Shown: positions 11,166-24,800 of the stretch, piece by piece
Position numbering within the stretch: the first letter of the stretch is position 1
Layout: each line of letters starts with the position of its first letter
Made by a program: the position numbers and the translations under genes
Assembly (NCBI GenBank): GCA_028826165.1
Contig: JAPDFW010000103.1
Coordinates: forward strand, 186,001 to 250,000
DNA: 64,000 nucleotides
Source of the DNA: Anaeramoeba ignava BMAN
Taxonomy: Eukaryota > Protista > Anaeramoebae
Reading direction: 5' to 3'
Notes under the pieces: model-generated
The model's input: the letters and a program-made list of their open reading frames with translations, nothing else
Databases searched by the model: none
What the model was told of the DNA's origin: nothing

Positions 11166-12370
11166 TTAAAATTCTTCTTTTAAAATCTTCTCTAATCCAA
11201 TTTTCTTATAATTCCAATAAGCTTTTCTTATTGTATCACATTCATCAGAAAGTGCATCACAAAAAGTAATTGCTTTTTCTAAATTTTCTTTTGAAAAATA
11301 ACCAAATTTCTTATCAGAATAAACTCTAATCAAAAAAGACATTGGAAAAGGACAAAAACGATGTCTAGTTTTTTTAGTTTCAATCTTAGAAACTAAATCA
11401 TTAATTTGTTGTTGATCCAAATTTGCAATTTCAAAGAAAGAAATGAAATAATTCCAAGCACTTTCATTATTACAAGTTAAATTAATTTTTGATAAAGAAA
11501 ATTCAATTTCTTGAAGTTGAATTTTTGGATCATTCTTCAATTTTCCATTTTGAGTAGCAACAAAAAATCTTGCAGCCCAAGCAGAGTTGTGTCTCAAGTC
11601 ATTTTCGAAAAATTTGTCGATAAACTCAAGCTCTCCGTCCCACAGATTAAAATATTCAATTGCCCAAAATCTGTGAGACCAAGCATGATAATTTTTGGAA
11701 TCATTCAAAAAAGCTATTTCTGTGAATGCCTTTTCTCTATCTCCGCTATTTAGCTTTGTTGTTACCCAGACTCTGTGAGTCCATACCTGGTAGTTTTTCG
11801 GGTGTTGTTCTATTACTTTGTCGAGATAATCGAGCTCAGTGTTTAGATCTATTTTTAAATGCTCTAATATTCCTCTTCGATATTCCCAAACTGTATAATT
11901 AGAACAGTTTAATCTAATTACTTCAGTTGTTAGTTTTAATGCTCTTTCACTGTATTCTTTTTTTTGTAATATTGCTCGGAAATAATCCATAACTTCACTG
12001 ACTTAATTTTATAAATGAATTATAATATTAATTTTATAAATGAATTTTAATTTTATAAATGAATTTTAATTTTAATTTTATAAATGAATTTTATTTTTAA
12101 TTTTAATTATAATTTTAATTTTAATTTTAATTTTAAATTTTGATTTTGATTTTGATTTTAATTTTAATTTTAATTTTAATTTTAATTTAGATTTTGATTA
12201 TAAATGAATTTTAATTTTAATTTTAATTTTAAATTTGATTTTATACATTGAGGAGAATATAAAATTGCACAAGGATCTTTTAATGATTCTTTTTGTGGAA
12301 TTGGTTGAATATCTTTCCATTCTGGAAGTTTAGAAAGTGGTTCATAAGGAATTTCTTCTTGTTTCTCCAT
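11166..12370 (-). CDS. FNTA: Protein farnesyltransferase/GGTase-I alpha subunit; intron 12002-12246
   Basis: EWKDIQPIPQ, MDYFRAIL, and PPTA repeats NYTVWEYR, KNYQVWTHR, KNYHAWSHR, NESAWNY; spliced junction reads YSPQ-F-SEVM in frame. Confidence 0.95.
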
Positions 12371-12436
12371 AAAAAATAAAAATAAAAAAAATGAAAAAAA
12401 TGAAAAAATGAAAAAAATGAAAAAATGAAAAAAATG

Positions 12437-14270
12437 AAATATAATTTATTAATAATTTATTTTTAAATCTTTTTTAAATTAATAAATAAATAAAATTTAT
12501 AATTAATTATAAATAATTATTATTAATAAAATTGAAATAAAATAAATAGAAATATTTAATTAAAAAATAAATATAAAATTAAATATAATTTATTAATAAT
12601 TTATTTATAATCCTTTTTAAATTTAATAAATAAATAAAATTTATAATTAATTATAATTAATTATTATTAATAAAATTGAAATAAAATAAATAAAAATATT
12701 TAATTAAAAAATAAATATAAAATTAAATATAATTTATTAATAATTTATTTATAATCCTTTTTAAATTAACAAATAAATAAAATTTATAATTAATTATTAT
12801 TAATTATTATTAATAAAATTGAAATAAAATAAATAAAAATATTTAATTAAAAATAAATATAAAATTAAATTATAATTTATTAATAATTTATTTATAATTC
12901 TTTTTAAATTAATAAATAAATAAAATTTATAATTAAGTATTATTAATTATTATTAATAAAATTAAAATAAAATAAATAAAAATATTTAATTAAAAATAAA
13001 TATAAAAATTAAATATAATTTATTAATAATTTATTTTTAAATCTTTTTAAATTAATAAATAAATAAATTTTATAATTAATTATTATTAATTATTATTAAA
13101 AATTGAAATAAAATAAATAAAAATATTTAATTAAAAATAAATATAAAATTAAATATAATTTATTAATAATTTATTTATAATTCTTTTTAAATTAATAAAT
13201 AAATAAAATTTATAATTAATTATAAATAATTATTATTAATAAAATTGAAATAAAATAAATAAAAATATTTAATTAATAAAAATAAATATAAAATTAAATA
13301 TAATTTATTAATAATTTATTTTATAATTCTTTTTAAATTAATAAATAAATAAAATTTATAATTAAGTATTATTAATTATTATTAAAAATTGAAATAAAAT
13401 AAATAAAAATATTTAATTAAAAATAAATATAAAAATAAATATAATTTATTAATAATTTATTTTTAAATCTTTTTAAATTAATAAATAAATAAATTTTATA
13501 ATTAATTATAATTAATTATTATTAATAAAAATTAAAATAAAATAAATAAAAATATTTAATTAATAAAAATAAATATAAAATTAAATATAATTTATTAATA
13601 ATTTATTTTATAAATCTTTTTTAAATTAATAAATAAATAAATTTTATAATTAAATATTATTAATTATTATTAATAAAAATTGAAACAAAATAAATAAAAA
13701 TATTTAATTAATAAATAAATATAAAATTAAATATAGATTTATTAATAATTTATTTATAATTCTTTTTAAATTAATAAATAAATAAAATTTATAATTAATT
13801 ATAAATAATTATTATTAAAAAATTGAAATAAAATAAATAAAAATATTTAATTAATAAATAAATATAAAATTAAATATAATTTATTAATAATTTATTTATA
13901 ATTCTTTTTAAATTAATAAATAAATAAAATTTATAATTAAGTATTATTAATTATTATTAATAAAATTGAAATAAAATAAATAAAAATATTTAATTAAAAA
14001 TAAATATAAAATTAAATATAATTTATTAATTAATTTATTTTTAAATTCTTTTTAAATTAATAAATAAATAAAATTTATAATTAATTATAAATAATTATTA
14101 TTAATAAAATTGAAATAAAATAAATAAAAATATTTAATTAAAAAATAAATATAAAAATTAAATATAATTTATTAATAATTTATTTTTAATTCTTTTTTAA
14201 ATTAACAAATAAATAAAATTTATAATTAATTATTATTAATTATTATTAAAAATTGAAATAAAATAAATTC
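12437..14270. repeat. ~143-bp unit tandem satellite, ~13 copies, almost pure A/T
   Basis: Unit start AAATATAATTTATTAATAATTT recurs at about 12437, 12581, 12725, 12867, 13011, 13151, 13297, 13437, 13583, 13729, 13872, 14014, 14161. Confidence 0.9.
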
Positions 14271-14611
14271 CAAATTTTAAAATAAAAAAGGAGAAAGAAA
14301 AAGAAAAAAACTGACAAATTAAATCCAAAAAAAAAGGAAAAAAAAAATAAAAAATTATTCATTAATCAAATAAAATAAAATAATGATCAAAATCTGTTTT
14401 AATTAATTAATTAATTTTCCGTTATTAAAAATAAATTAAAAATTAAAATAAAAAAAAAAAAATTTAAAAAAAAATAAATTCATTTTTTCCTTTTTTTTAT
14501 TTTTTTTTTTTCAATAAGATTTTTATTGAAAATTTTTCATTTTTCCAAATAAATTTTTCTTTTATTTTTTTTTCTATTACTTAATCCAAAAAATTAAAAA
14601 ATTAAAAAATT

Positions 14612-17600
14612 ATGTCAAACTTTGTACATTTATCACAAACAATTAAAAATAAAGCAAAAATTTCCACACGAAAACTGATTGATTCACCAAGAAAGCAAGT
14701 ATTAAAAGCAAAACCACAACCGATATTAAGAAAACAATCAAAAGTATTTTTACCAAGAATTACAATGTCAAGAGCAGAACTTTTTCCTGAAAAAAACGTA
14801 CAAGATAACAGAATGGTAACGTTACTTGACACCTCTGAATTAACTCAAAAAGGCAAAGAAAGGAAATCAAACTTGAAAAAACTCAAGTCACAATTGATAC
14901 GAAATAACGGACCAAATTATCAGTTGAAAAAATCAAATTCGGAAAAAAATTTGTCAATTCAAAATATTCGAAATATTGGAAATCTTGATAAGACAAATGA
15001 TGAAAAAAAAAAGAAGAAAAAGAAGCTATTATTTGGCCATAAAAGAGTAAAAACTCCTCCAGAACGTTCTTCTTTGACTGAAGTAACTCCAGGTTTTCAT
15101 CCCATTGATTTGCAATCAATCCAAAAAGTCACTTTCAATTTTGATGATCCTCAAGAAGTTAAAGAAATTGCTGAAATAACTGAAATTAGTGTGGATCCTT
15201 TAAAGGAATTTACAGATTTGACTTTTGAAATGGCAAAAGAAAATAAAGCGTTACTGAAAGAAATTGAACAACTTCAAAATCAAGTTATGACATATGAACA
15301 AAATGAAGCGATTACTCAAGAATTGGAGAAAATTATCGATGATTTGGAAAACGAAAAGAAAAAAGTTCATGATAAATGTTCCGAATTCCAAAAACAACTT
15401 GAAAAAGTCACTGAAAATTATCAAGAATCGATTGAAAGACTCGGTGAATCTCAAAAAGAATTGGAAGAATATAATAAATTAAAACGAAAACATGAAAGGT
15501 TGCTAAAAAAGGCAAAAGAATACAAAAGAGAAATGAAAAGATTAGCTTCAAAAAATATGCAAGTTTCCGAACTTGAAGAAAGAGAGCATAGTTTATTACA
15601 ACAAATTTCCAATCTTGAATTTGATAAAAGTAAGTTTGTTTTTGATAAAAATTTTTAAAAACAAGACATTCCAAAAAAAAAAAATAATTTTTTCAAATTT
15701 GTAGAAACTTTACTTGAAAAAAATTCACAACTTATAACTGAAATAACCGCAACAAGAACACATCTTCAAAATCTTAAAAAAAAATTCATGCTGTCAAATA
15801 CACATGTAATTCAATATAATCAATTTGAAAAAGAAAATGTCGAACTCAAAATTCAGAATACTTGGCTTGAAAAATTAACTTTTTCAAAAGCAAAAATGGA
15901 CGATGCATTAGAAACAATTATTAATATTCATTTTGCGGAAATTTCAGATCAAAAACAAGAAGAAAAAAAAATTTTAGATGATGCTCAACAAGCATTAGAT
16001 TTCGTCGCAAATAAACTTCCTGAACTTTTCACTTCACAATCAGATGATCAAGAAGATTTGACTTGGTATCAAATCGGTGAACATATTAGTAAGCACGAGT
16101 TACAATTATTAACCATTGATGATGATTCAAAGAGAAAATTATATTATATGGTAAAATATTTAAATTTCTTTTTATTAAATTCCAGTTCAAAATGAAAAAA
16201 TTGAAAATTTTCTTTTTAATTTCTTAAAGGCTTGTTTGATTGAGTTGTCAAAAATGTACTTTGATTTACAACAAAAAATATTGGATTTTCAGGCAAATGA
16301 AAAAATAATGAAAGAAGAATTAATTGATGTACAAAAGCAATTAGTAAAAGTTAATAAAATCAAATGAAGAACTTGAAGAAAAAATGCAAAATAAACTGCA
16401 AGAAAACGAAAAAGAACAACAAATGAAATTTGTAGTATTAAGAAATCAAGTTGAAAGAATTAAAAATAAGGAAAAAGCACTTAAAAGACAATTAGAATCA
16501 TCAGAAACTCAAATTAAGCAACTGAATGAAGTTATGGCAGAAAAAGAAAGAATTCTTCAACAAGAACAACAGATGAGGGAAGCTTATAGCAATTCAAACA
16601 GAGAACTTAAAGAAAAATTATTGACAATTCAAGAAGAAACCGAAAGCAAAATTTCTTCTTTGACTCTTGTAAATATTTTTATCCAATTTTTATCCAATTT
16701 TTATCCAATTTTGAATTGAATTGAATTAAGTTAAATATTTTTATCCAATTTTGAATTGAATTAAAATAAAATATTTTGAATTGAATTGAATTGAATTAAA
16801 TTAAAATATTTTGAATTGAATTAAATTAAATTAAATTAAATTAAATATTTTGAATTGAATTGAATTGAATTGAATTGAATTGAATTAAGTTAAATATTTT
16901 TATCCGATTTTGAATTGAATTAAATATTTTTGTCCGATTTTGAATTAAATTAAATTGAATTGAATTAAATTGAATTAAATTAAAATATTTTTATCCGATT
17001 TTGAATTAAATTAAATTGAATTGAATTAAATTGAATTAAATTAAAATATTTTTATCCGATTTTGAATTGAATTAAATTAAATTGAATTAAATTGAATTGA
17101 ATTGAATTGAATTGAATTAAATTGAATTGAATTAAATCAAATTAAATTAAATTAAATTAAATTAAATATTTTTATCCGATTTTGAATTAAATATTTTTGA
17201 ATTGAATTGAATTAAATATTTTTATCCAATTTTTATCCAATAATTTGACATTTAAATAATTTAAATATTTTTATCCGATTTTAAATTGAATTAAATTAAA
17301 TTAAATTAAATATTTTTATCCGATTTTTATCCAATAATTTGGCATTTAAATAATTTAAATATTTTTATCCAATTTTGAATTAAATATTTTGAATTAAATT
17401 AAATATTTTATCCGATTTTGAATTAAATTAAATTAAATTAAATATTTTTATCCAATTTTGAGTTGAATTGAATTGAATTAAATCAAATTAAAATATTTTG
17501 AATTGAATTAAATATTTTTAAATTAAATTAAATTAAATTAAATATTTTTGAATTAAATATTTTTGAATTTATATAGAATTACGAACAAAAAATAACCCAA

Positions 17601-19661
17601 AATATGAATGAGATAAATGAACTTAAAAATGAAAAAAATCTTGCAATAGAAGAAAAAGAACAACAACATAAAATCGAAATGGAGGATTTCAAATTCAAAA
17701 TGAGAACACAATCACAACAACTAATAGAAACACAAGAAAAAATATTATTCTTAGAAACACAATTAACAAGAGAACAAAACGAAAACGAAGAAATAACAAA
17801 AAAATTAACCGAAAAAATGGAAGAAGAAAAAGAAAAAGATCAACAAAAATTAGAACAAGCATTAGAAATTTTTGAAGAAACAAAAAAATCGTTGATTAAA
17901 GAACAAAAATTAAGAGAAAAATTAGAAAGCGAACAAAAACAACTACAAGAAAAACTTGAAATGATGAGCGCAGAAATTTACAGTGAAAAACAAGAAAGAG
18001 AAACAATGGAAGAAGAAAAAACGAAACTCAGTTCGATCACAACGAGTCTTTCAGCCGAAAACGTGACACTTAAGAAAAAACTGGAACATATCATAGCACT
18101 TGATCATGCTTTTTCACCACGTGAGATAAGCAACACATCTTTCGAGCATGAAATTGATCTTCTGGAGATGAGCATGATCCGGTACATCAATCACACCTTT
18201 AAATATGATCGTCACTTGGTCCATATTCTCCCAATAGGAACAAAAACACCTAGTTTAGCAGGAGCAATACTGGATGGAGTTCTGCTTTGCAAGCTGATAA
18301 ACCACGCAGTGCCAGGAACTCTGGACGAACGTGCGCTTACAATCATAAGCCCCACTGAGGAGCAAATAGTGGAAAATCACACACTGTGTTTGAATTCAGC
18401 TCAATCAATTGGATGTGATGTATTTGCAATAACTGTGGATGATCTTGTATCCGGTGTCGATAACGTAGTAATAGCCTTGGCTTGGGAAATTACCATTGCA
18501 GGCTTATTATCAACAATTTCTCTCGAGAAACATCCTGAAATTCTCTGTTTATTTTCCGAAAATGAAAAAATGCAATCGATAAAGGATATGCCACCTGAAA
18601 AATTATTGATGAGATGGGTCAATTATCACTTGAAACAGGCAAATAGTTCCCGAGTTATCAAAAACTTCGCAGAAGATTTACGTGATTCGGAATGCTTGCT
18701 TATCTTGCTCAACCAGTTAAGCCCAAAAAGATGTCCCTTGGACGAGTATTCTGAGGATATGGACTACGAATCAAGAGCAGAACTTGTTGTTTCAAACGCT
18801 GCCAAATTAAACTGTCCTTTCTTTGTTTCTGTAAGCAATATTGTTTCCGCAGATTATTCAGAACTCAACATCGCGTTTCTGGCAAAGCTTTTTCATACTC
18901 GCTCAGGTTTGAAAGTCTCAAGCGAAGACATCAACCTCAGAATTTTGGATTACACCGCATTAGGGACAAGAGAAGAACGAGCTTTTAGGATATGGATAAA
19001 CACTTTTGGATTCGAACCAAGAGTAACCGCGCTCTACAAAGATCTGAGGAACGGAATTGTTGTCTTAAAGATACTCGATAAAATCAAACCAGGTTTTGTT
19101 GATTGGAAACATGTCAATACTGATTTTTCAAATATTTATCAAGAAATTGAAAATTGCAACTACGCAATCGAAGTTGGCAAGAAACTCGGTTTGAGACTGG
19201 TTAATATTTCAGGAACAGACATCTTCAACGGCTCTCAAACTCTTCTTCTTGGTTTTCTTTGGCAAACAATGGAATTTCATCTAAAAAATATACTTTCCGA
19301 ATTGAAAGTTATTAAAAGTGGGAAAATCACTGACACTGAGATGGTTGAATGGGCAAATGCACAGATAAAATCTGCAGGCAAATCGTCTCAAGTCTCTTCT
19401 TTAAAAGACCCCTCAATCAAATCTGGCTTGTTTTTTGTGGATCTTGTGTTCGCTATTAAATCATCTTTTGTCAATTATGATTTTGTTCAACTTGGTGATT
19501 CTTCTCAAGAATATATGAATAATGCTTTGTATGCTATCACTTTGTGCAGAAAATTAGGTGCAAATATCTTTGTTATTCCAGAAGATATTGTGGAAGTTAA
19601 GCCTAAAATGTTACTTACTATTATTGGTGAATTAATGAGAATTCATAAGCAATTAAATTGA
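14612..19661 (+). CDS. Long coiled-coil protein fused to a fimbrin/plastin actin-bundling core (4 CH domains); exons 14612-15629, 15705-16150, 16230-16668, 17577-19661; frameshift at ~16360
   Basis: DGVLLCKLIN..PGTLDERA, ENHTLCLNSAQSIGC, EKLLMRWVNYHL, REERAFRIWIN, ENCNYAIEVGK, LGANIFVIPEDIVEVKPKM; the GT-AG joins keep frame. Confidence 0.88.
16670..17570. repeat. Intronic mixed repeat (GAATT/AAATT pentamers with TTTTTATCC[A/G]ATTTT motif)
   Basis: Visible low-complexity array inside intron 16669-17576. Confidence 0.85.
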
Positions 19662-19865
19662 TTTATTTTCATTTCTTATTATTTTTTTATCCTTTTTCTT
19701 TATCAATCAAGATTTTAAATAAAAAATAAAAAAATTAAATTAAAATAAAAAATTAAAATTAAAAAAGTGGAACAAAATTAAATTAATTTCCTTTTATTTT
19801 TATTAATAAATTGAGATTAAAACTTGACTCTTAAAAAAAATTGGGAAAATTAAAATTAAATTAAA

Positions 19866-21407
19866 TCAATTTGCAATTTGAGTGAGTTGATCTTGAAGTT
19901 GTTGCATTTCTCTTCGAATTTCTTGTGGACTTTTGAATTTATTTTTAAGATTTTGGATTTTATCTATAAGAACTTCACTTTTTGGATCAACAAAAGGAAG
20001 TGAATTAATTGTTTTTTGAAGAAGATCTTCATTAAAAATAAAATCACTAATTTCTTTGTTTAATTTCAATTCTTTTGTTCTTCTTTCAACTTTTTGTTTA
20101 ATTTGAATCTTTTTTTCTTGTTCAAGTCGTTGTTTTTCTAATTTTTCTTTTTCCATTCTTTTTTTTTCAATCACTTCAAAATCATCAATAATATTATCTT
20201 TTTGGGAATCTTCAACAATTGGTTTCAACATATCCTCATCAGTTAAATGTGAATTTGTTTGATTTGTTTTTTTCCTTCGATAATTTTGTTTGGGAATTTC
20301 TTTTTCAATTTCTTTTTCAAATTCAATCTGATTTTGATTTTGATTTTGATTTTGATTTTGATTTTGATTTTGATTTTGATTTTGATTTTGATTTTGATTT
20401 TGATTTTGATTTTGATTTTGATTTTGATTTTGATTTTGATTTTGATTTTGATCCATCATTGAAAATCGAATAGCTTTTTCTATTTCATTCTGATCAAAAT
20501 CATTTTCGTTTTGATTTCCAAATTGATTTTGATTTAAATGTGATTTTGTTATTGCTAAATTTGGTGGTGCCATTTGATGATATGGTTCTTGCATAATTCT
20601 TCTGTTTTCTCTTAAAAGAGTTCTTGAATCAGATAATTCAATATGACCAAAATTTTTTCTTCGATTTCTTGGTTTTCTTCTTTTGATTGATTGTTTTTTT
20701 TGATGAGGTATTTGATCAAAACCATTGGTATATTTTGTTAAGAATGATTGAAAAGCTGATTTTTCTGTTGTTGAAACTTGCTGAGCTAATTGTTTAGGAG
20801 TTAAATTGTACTTTTCATTTTCTTGTTGAATAACGAGATTATTTTCATTATTTTCATTGATTTTATCTTTTTTATTAATTTGATTCATTTGATTGATTTG
20901 ATTCATTTTATTCATTTGATTCATTTGATTCATTTGATTAATTTTATCTTTTTCATTGATTTGATTGATTTTATTGATTTTATCTTTTTCATTAATTTCA
21001 TTAATTTTATCTTTTTCATTGATTTGATTGATTTGATTCATTTTATTAATTTTATCTTTTTCATTGATTTCATCTTTTTCATTGATTTGATTGATTTGAT
21101 TCATTTGGTTGATTTGATTGATTTGATTCATTTGATTGATTTGATTAATTTTATCTTTTTCATTGATTTCATCTTTTTCAGAAAGCTCCATGTCTGTTAA
21201 AGATAATTTAATAGCAAGTCGAGTTTCTTCATCTAAATCATCTAAATCATCTAAATCATCTTGATTTGGATTTTCATCTTGATTTCCTTTTGGATTTTCA
21301 TCTTGATTTTCATCTTGATTAGGATTTTCACTTAATGAAAGAGCAAGTGCAAGATTTAATTCATAATCATCATCATCAATATCTTGATTTTCATCTTGAT
21401 TTTTCAT
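19866..21407 (-). CDS. UIM-containing low-complexity protein with an Rpn10-like C-terminal motif
   Basis: UIM-like DYELNLALALSLSE, EETRLAIKLSLTD, NEIEKAIRFSMMD; tail EDLLQKTINSLPFVDPKSE. Confidence 0.65.
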   Translation of the reverse strand: MKNQDENQDIDDDDYELNLALALSLSENPNQDENQDENPKGNQDENPNQDDLDDLDDLDEETRLAIKLSLTDMELSEKDEINEKDKINQINQMNQINQINQMNQINQINEKDEINEKDKINKMNQINQINEKDKINEINEKDKINKINQINEKDKINQMNQMNQMNKMNQINQMNQINKKDKINENNENNLVIQQENEKYNLTPKQLAQQVSTTEKSAFQSFLTKYTNGFDQIPHQKKQSIKRRKPRNRRKNFGHIELSDSRTLLRENRRIMQEPYHQMAPPNLAITKSHLNQNQFGNQNENDFDQNEIEKAIRFSMMDQNQNQNQNQNQNQNQNQNQNQNQNQNQNQNQNQNQNQNQNQIEFEKEIEKEIPKQNYRRKKTNQTNSHLTDEDMLKPIVEDSQKDNIIDDFEVIEKKRMEKEKLEKQRLEQEKKIQIKQKVERRTKELKLNKEISDFIFNEDLLQKTINSLPFVDPKSEVLIDKIQNLKNKFKSPQEIRREMQQLQDQLTQIAN

Positions 21408-21860
21408 TTGAAAAAAAAAATTGAAAAAAAAAAATGAAAAAAAAAATGAAAAAAAAGGAAAAATAAAACTGGAAAATTTTTAAAAGCAAATTTTCCCTTT
21501 TTCTTTCTTTATTTTTATTCTCCTTTTATTATTCTCCTTTTATTATTCTCCTTTTAATTTTAATTTATTGCTTTTTTTCTCTTTTTATTTATTCCAAAAA
21601 TTTTTCATTTTTACTGAAAAAGTAAGTTTTTCATTTTTAAAAACACAAACAAAAACAAAAACACAAAACAAAAACAAAACAAAAACAAACACAAAACAAA
21701 CAAAAACAAAAAAAATAAGAAAAAAAAACAAACAAAAGCAAAAGCAAAAGAAGAAAAAGAAAAAAGAAAAAGAAAAATTATTGTTCAAAAAGAAAAAGAA
21801 AAAGAAAAGAAAAGAAAAAGAAAAAGAAAAAGAAAAAGAAATTGATTGTTATTTTAATAG

Positions 21861-24800
21861 ATGAATCAAAACAACACCTTTGAAACCAAAATTTTTCTTC
21901 TCCTTCAAAAAGAAATGCATCTTTTTCAATTTTCTTGTTTCCTCAAAATGCTTCTTACTCAAATTAAAAATCAAGAACCAAAACCAATTACTTCAATAAA
22001 TTATTTTTGAATCAACAAAGAAAGAAAGATGGATTTTGATTATAAGTTCTTTATTAGATTTTAAAGATAAAGATTTTTTGAATTAGCTCGCTTATTAGAC
22101 TTTTTTGAAATTTAAAATGCTTTAAAACCAAATGAATTTGAAAATATAATTTTAAATGATTTAAACGAAAAAAGAAGATCATTTAAAAAAAGAAAAATCC
22201 AGAATTATTAGCTCGCTTACTTTTTATCCTTAAACCTTCAAAAAGTAAAAATATAATGGATAACATCTCAAAATGTGAAGCAAATGATTTTATTAAAAAC
22301 AAATTATTTGATTTTCTCAGTTTATTATAAAAACAAACAAAAAGAATTATTTGAATCATTAAAAGAATTTCTTCAATTATTTAACAAATATTCAAACAAG
22401 AAATCTTACAAAATTAATTTTTTACCTCTTTTTATTTTATTTGAACAAGAATTTGAATTTCCTAAAATAAAAAAAATTAACAATAATATTCGAAATGCTA
22501 TTGAAAATGTATTTTCATTCTATTTACAAAAAGGAATGAATTCTTATTTTAAAAAAGAAGTTTTGGAAAATATTTTTGGAACAAAATTTGATTTATCAAA
22601 CACTTTATGGAATAATTTTATGAATTCACGATTTTTCTCTAAATCAATAAATGATCTGATTGATTTTCCAGAATTTAAAGAGAAATTAAAAGCAGAAAAC
22701 TTTAAAACTGTTTTAGATATATTTAAATTTTGGTTAAAAATGAATGAAATTGTAGAACAACTAAATATTCAAGCAAATCAATCAAAAATTCTTTCAATAA
22801 TTTATTTTAACCAGAAAATAAATATTGATGATTATCTATTTAAACATCCAACCTTAATTGATGATAATCCAAACCATATCTCAAAAATTAGCACTATAAC
22901 TGATATTTTCAGAGATAAAATTTATATAGATTATATTAAAAAAGTTGATAAAAAAAATTTATTTAAATATAAATTTATTATTGATTTTGAAGAACAATTT
23001 CAAGAAATTTATATGGAAGATGCAAAATATGAATTCAAAAACATTATAAACAATAAAACATATTTAAGGTTTATTCCATTAAATATTCATATACATTGTT
23101 GGATTAAATATGTTGATTTTAATCAAAATCAAAATCAATTACTAAATTGGAATGATATTATTCAAATAAATGAAATTAATTCAAATAAATGGAGAAATGT
23201 ATTATTATGGTTCTTAACTTTCAAGAAATCTTCTCCTCAACTTAAAAAATTAATAAAAGATACTAAAAGAATTAATCAAAATTTTGAGAAACAATTAAAC
23301 AATTATGAAAAAGAACTCAATGAATATTTTAAAAAATTACAAAATTATCCAAATACGAAAATAGAAGATTGGAAAATGTTTTTCAGGAATGAAGAAATAT
23401 TCACAAAATTTATTAAATTAATAATCTCAAATGAACAAAACAAAATAATTGAAGAAAACAGAAAAAAATATATTGATTTAGATGAAAAAATTTCAAAAAT
23501 GAAATATTTCTTTGATCAATTTAAAGAAAAAGAAAAAGAAAAAGAAGGATTCAAATTTGGTGGATTACCAAAAAAATTTGATAAAGATTCTACATTAAAA
23601 GATATGGAAAATTATCTGAAAAAAACAGAAAAAAAAACAGAAAAAACAAAATCTATTAATTTATTTTTGAAAAACTCTTTTTACAAACAAAAATTTATAA
23701 AATATCTCAAAAATTTAAAAAAAGAAAAAGAACAAGAAAAAATAAAGATTGAAGAAATATGTAAAACTATAAATGAAGAATGGGAAAAATGGAAGAAAGA
23801 AACTTTTAAATTAGAAATTACATTTCAAAAATTAAAAACAGAATTTCATATAAATGATGAAAAAAGATTTAAAGATGAGATTGAATCTTTTGAAATTTTA
23901 GAAGATTTAAAAATTAAAATCAATATTTTCTTTGAATTACAAAGATTAATTGAAACTATTAATCCTTTCATCGAATTTTGTAAAATATTTCTCCAAGAAA
24001 ACGAAATTAATGAAATTAAAGAAATTAATGAATTTACAAATACAAAAAAAGAAAATGAAATAAAACTTAAAGATGTTGAAAATATCAAAAAGGAAATTAT
24101 TGATAAAATTGAATTGGATTTATCATTTCTTGAATTTATAAAACAATTAATTCATAAAAATAAAAATAAATCAATAATAGAATGGTTAAAAGAAAAAATC
24201 CAAAATAAAGAATTTGAAGAAAATATTAAAAAATTAAATCGAAATGATGATGCTATTCAAAAAATGAGGAATTCTTTAATACAATTAAAAGATTTATTTT
24301 CAGATTTATTTTCAAAAAAATTCAAAAATTTCAAACATTTCATTAAAAAATTAAAAAAAATTCAAGAATTAAAATCCAAAAAAGAAAAAGAAGAAAAAGA
24401 AGAAATTGATATTAAATTATTAAATCGATCTTTATTTTATATTGAAGAAAAAAATGAAGAAAAACATAAAGAAGAAGATTTACTTCAAAAAATTGAAAAT
24501 ACATTTAAGCAATCTCAAATTATTTTCAATATAACAAAACCCCTTTTTCAATTAAATATTACAAACCATAAAAATGAAAATTATGAAAGTTGTTTGAATA
24601 TGCTTCGTTTTATATTAAATCGAAAACAAAAACAAAAAGCTGAAATGGATGAAAATCAAAATCAAAATCAAAATCAAAAAGAAGATAGATATATTGTTGA
24701 ATATCAAAAATTATTTAAATCTATTGAAGATATTTATAATAAAATGAAAAAATTTTCTAATAAAAAATCATTATATAATTTAGGGAAAAAATCAATAGAT

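Noticed and set aside
21568-21864. Lysine-rich 98-aa ORF
   Set aside because: A-rich low-complexity leader or intron-like sequence with a non-ATG start; at most part of the unresolved 5' end of the RNF213-like gene
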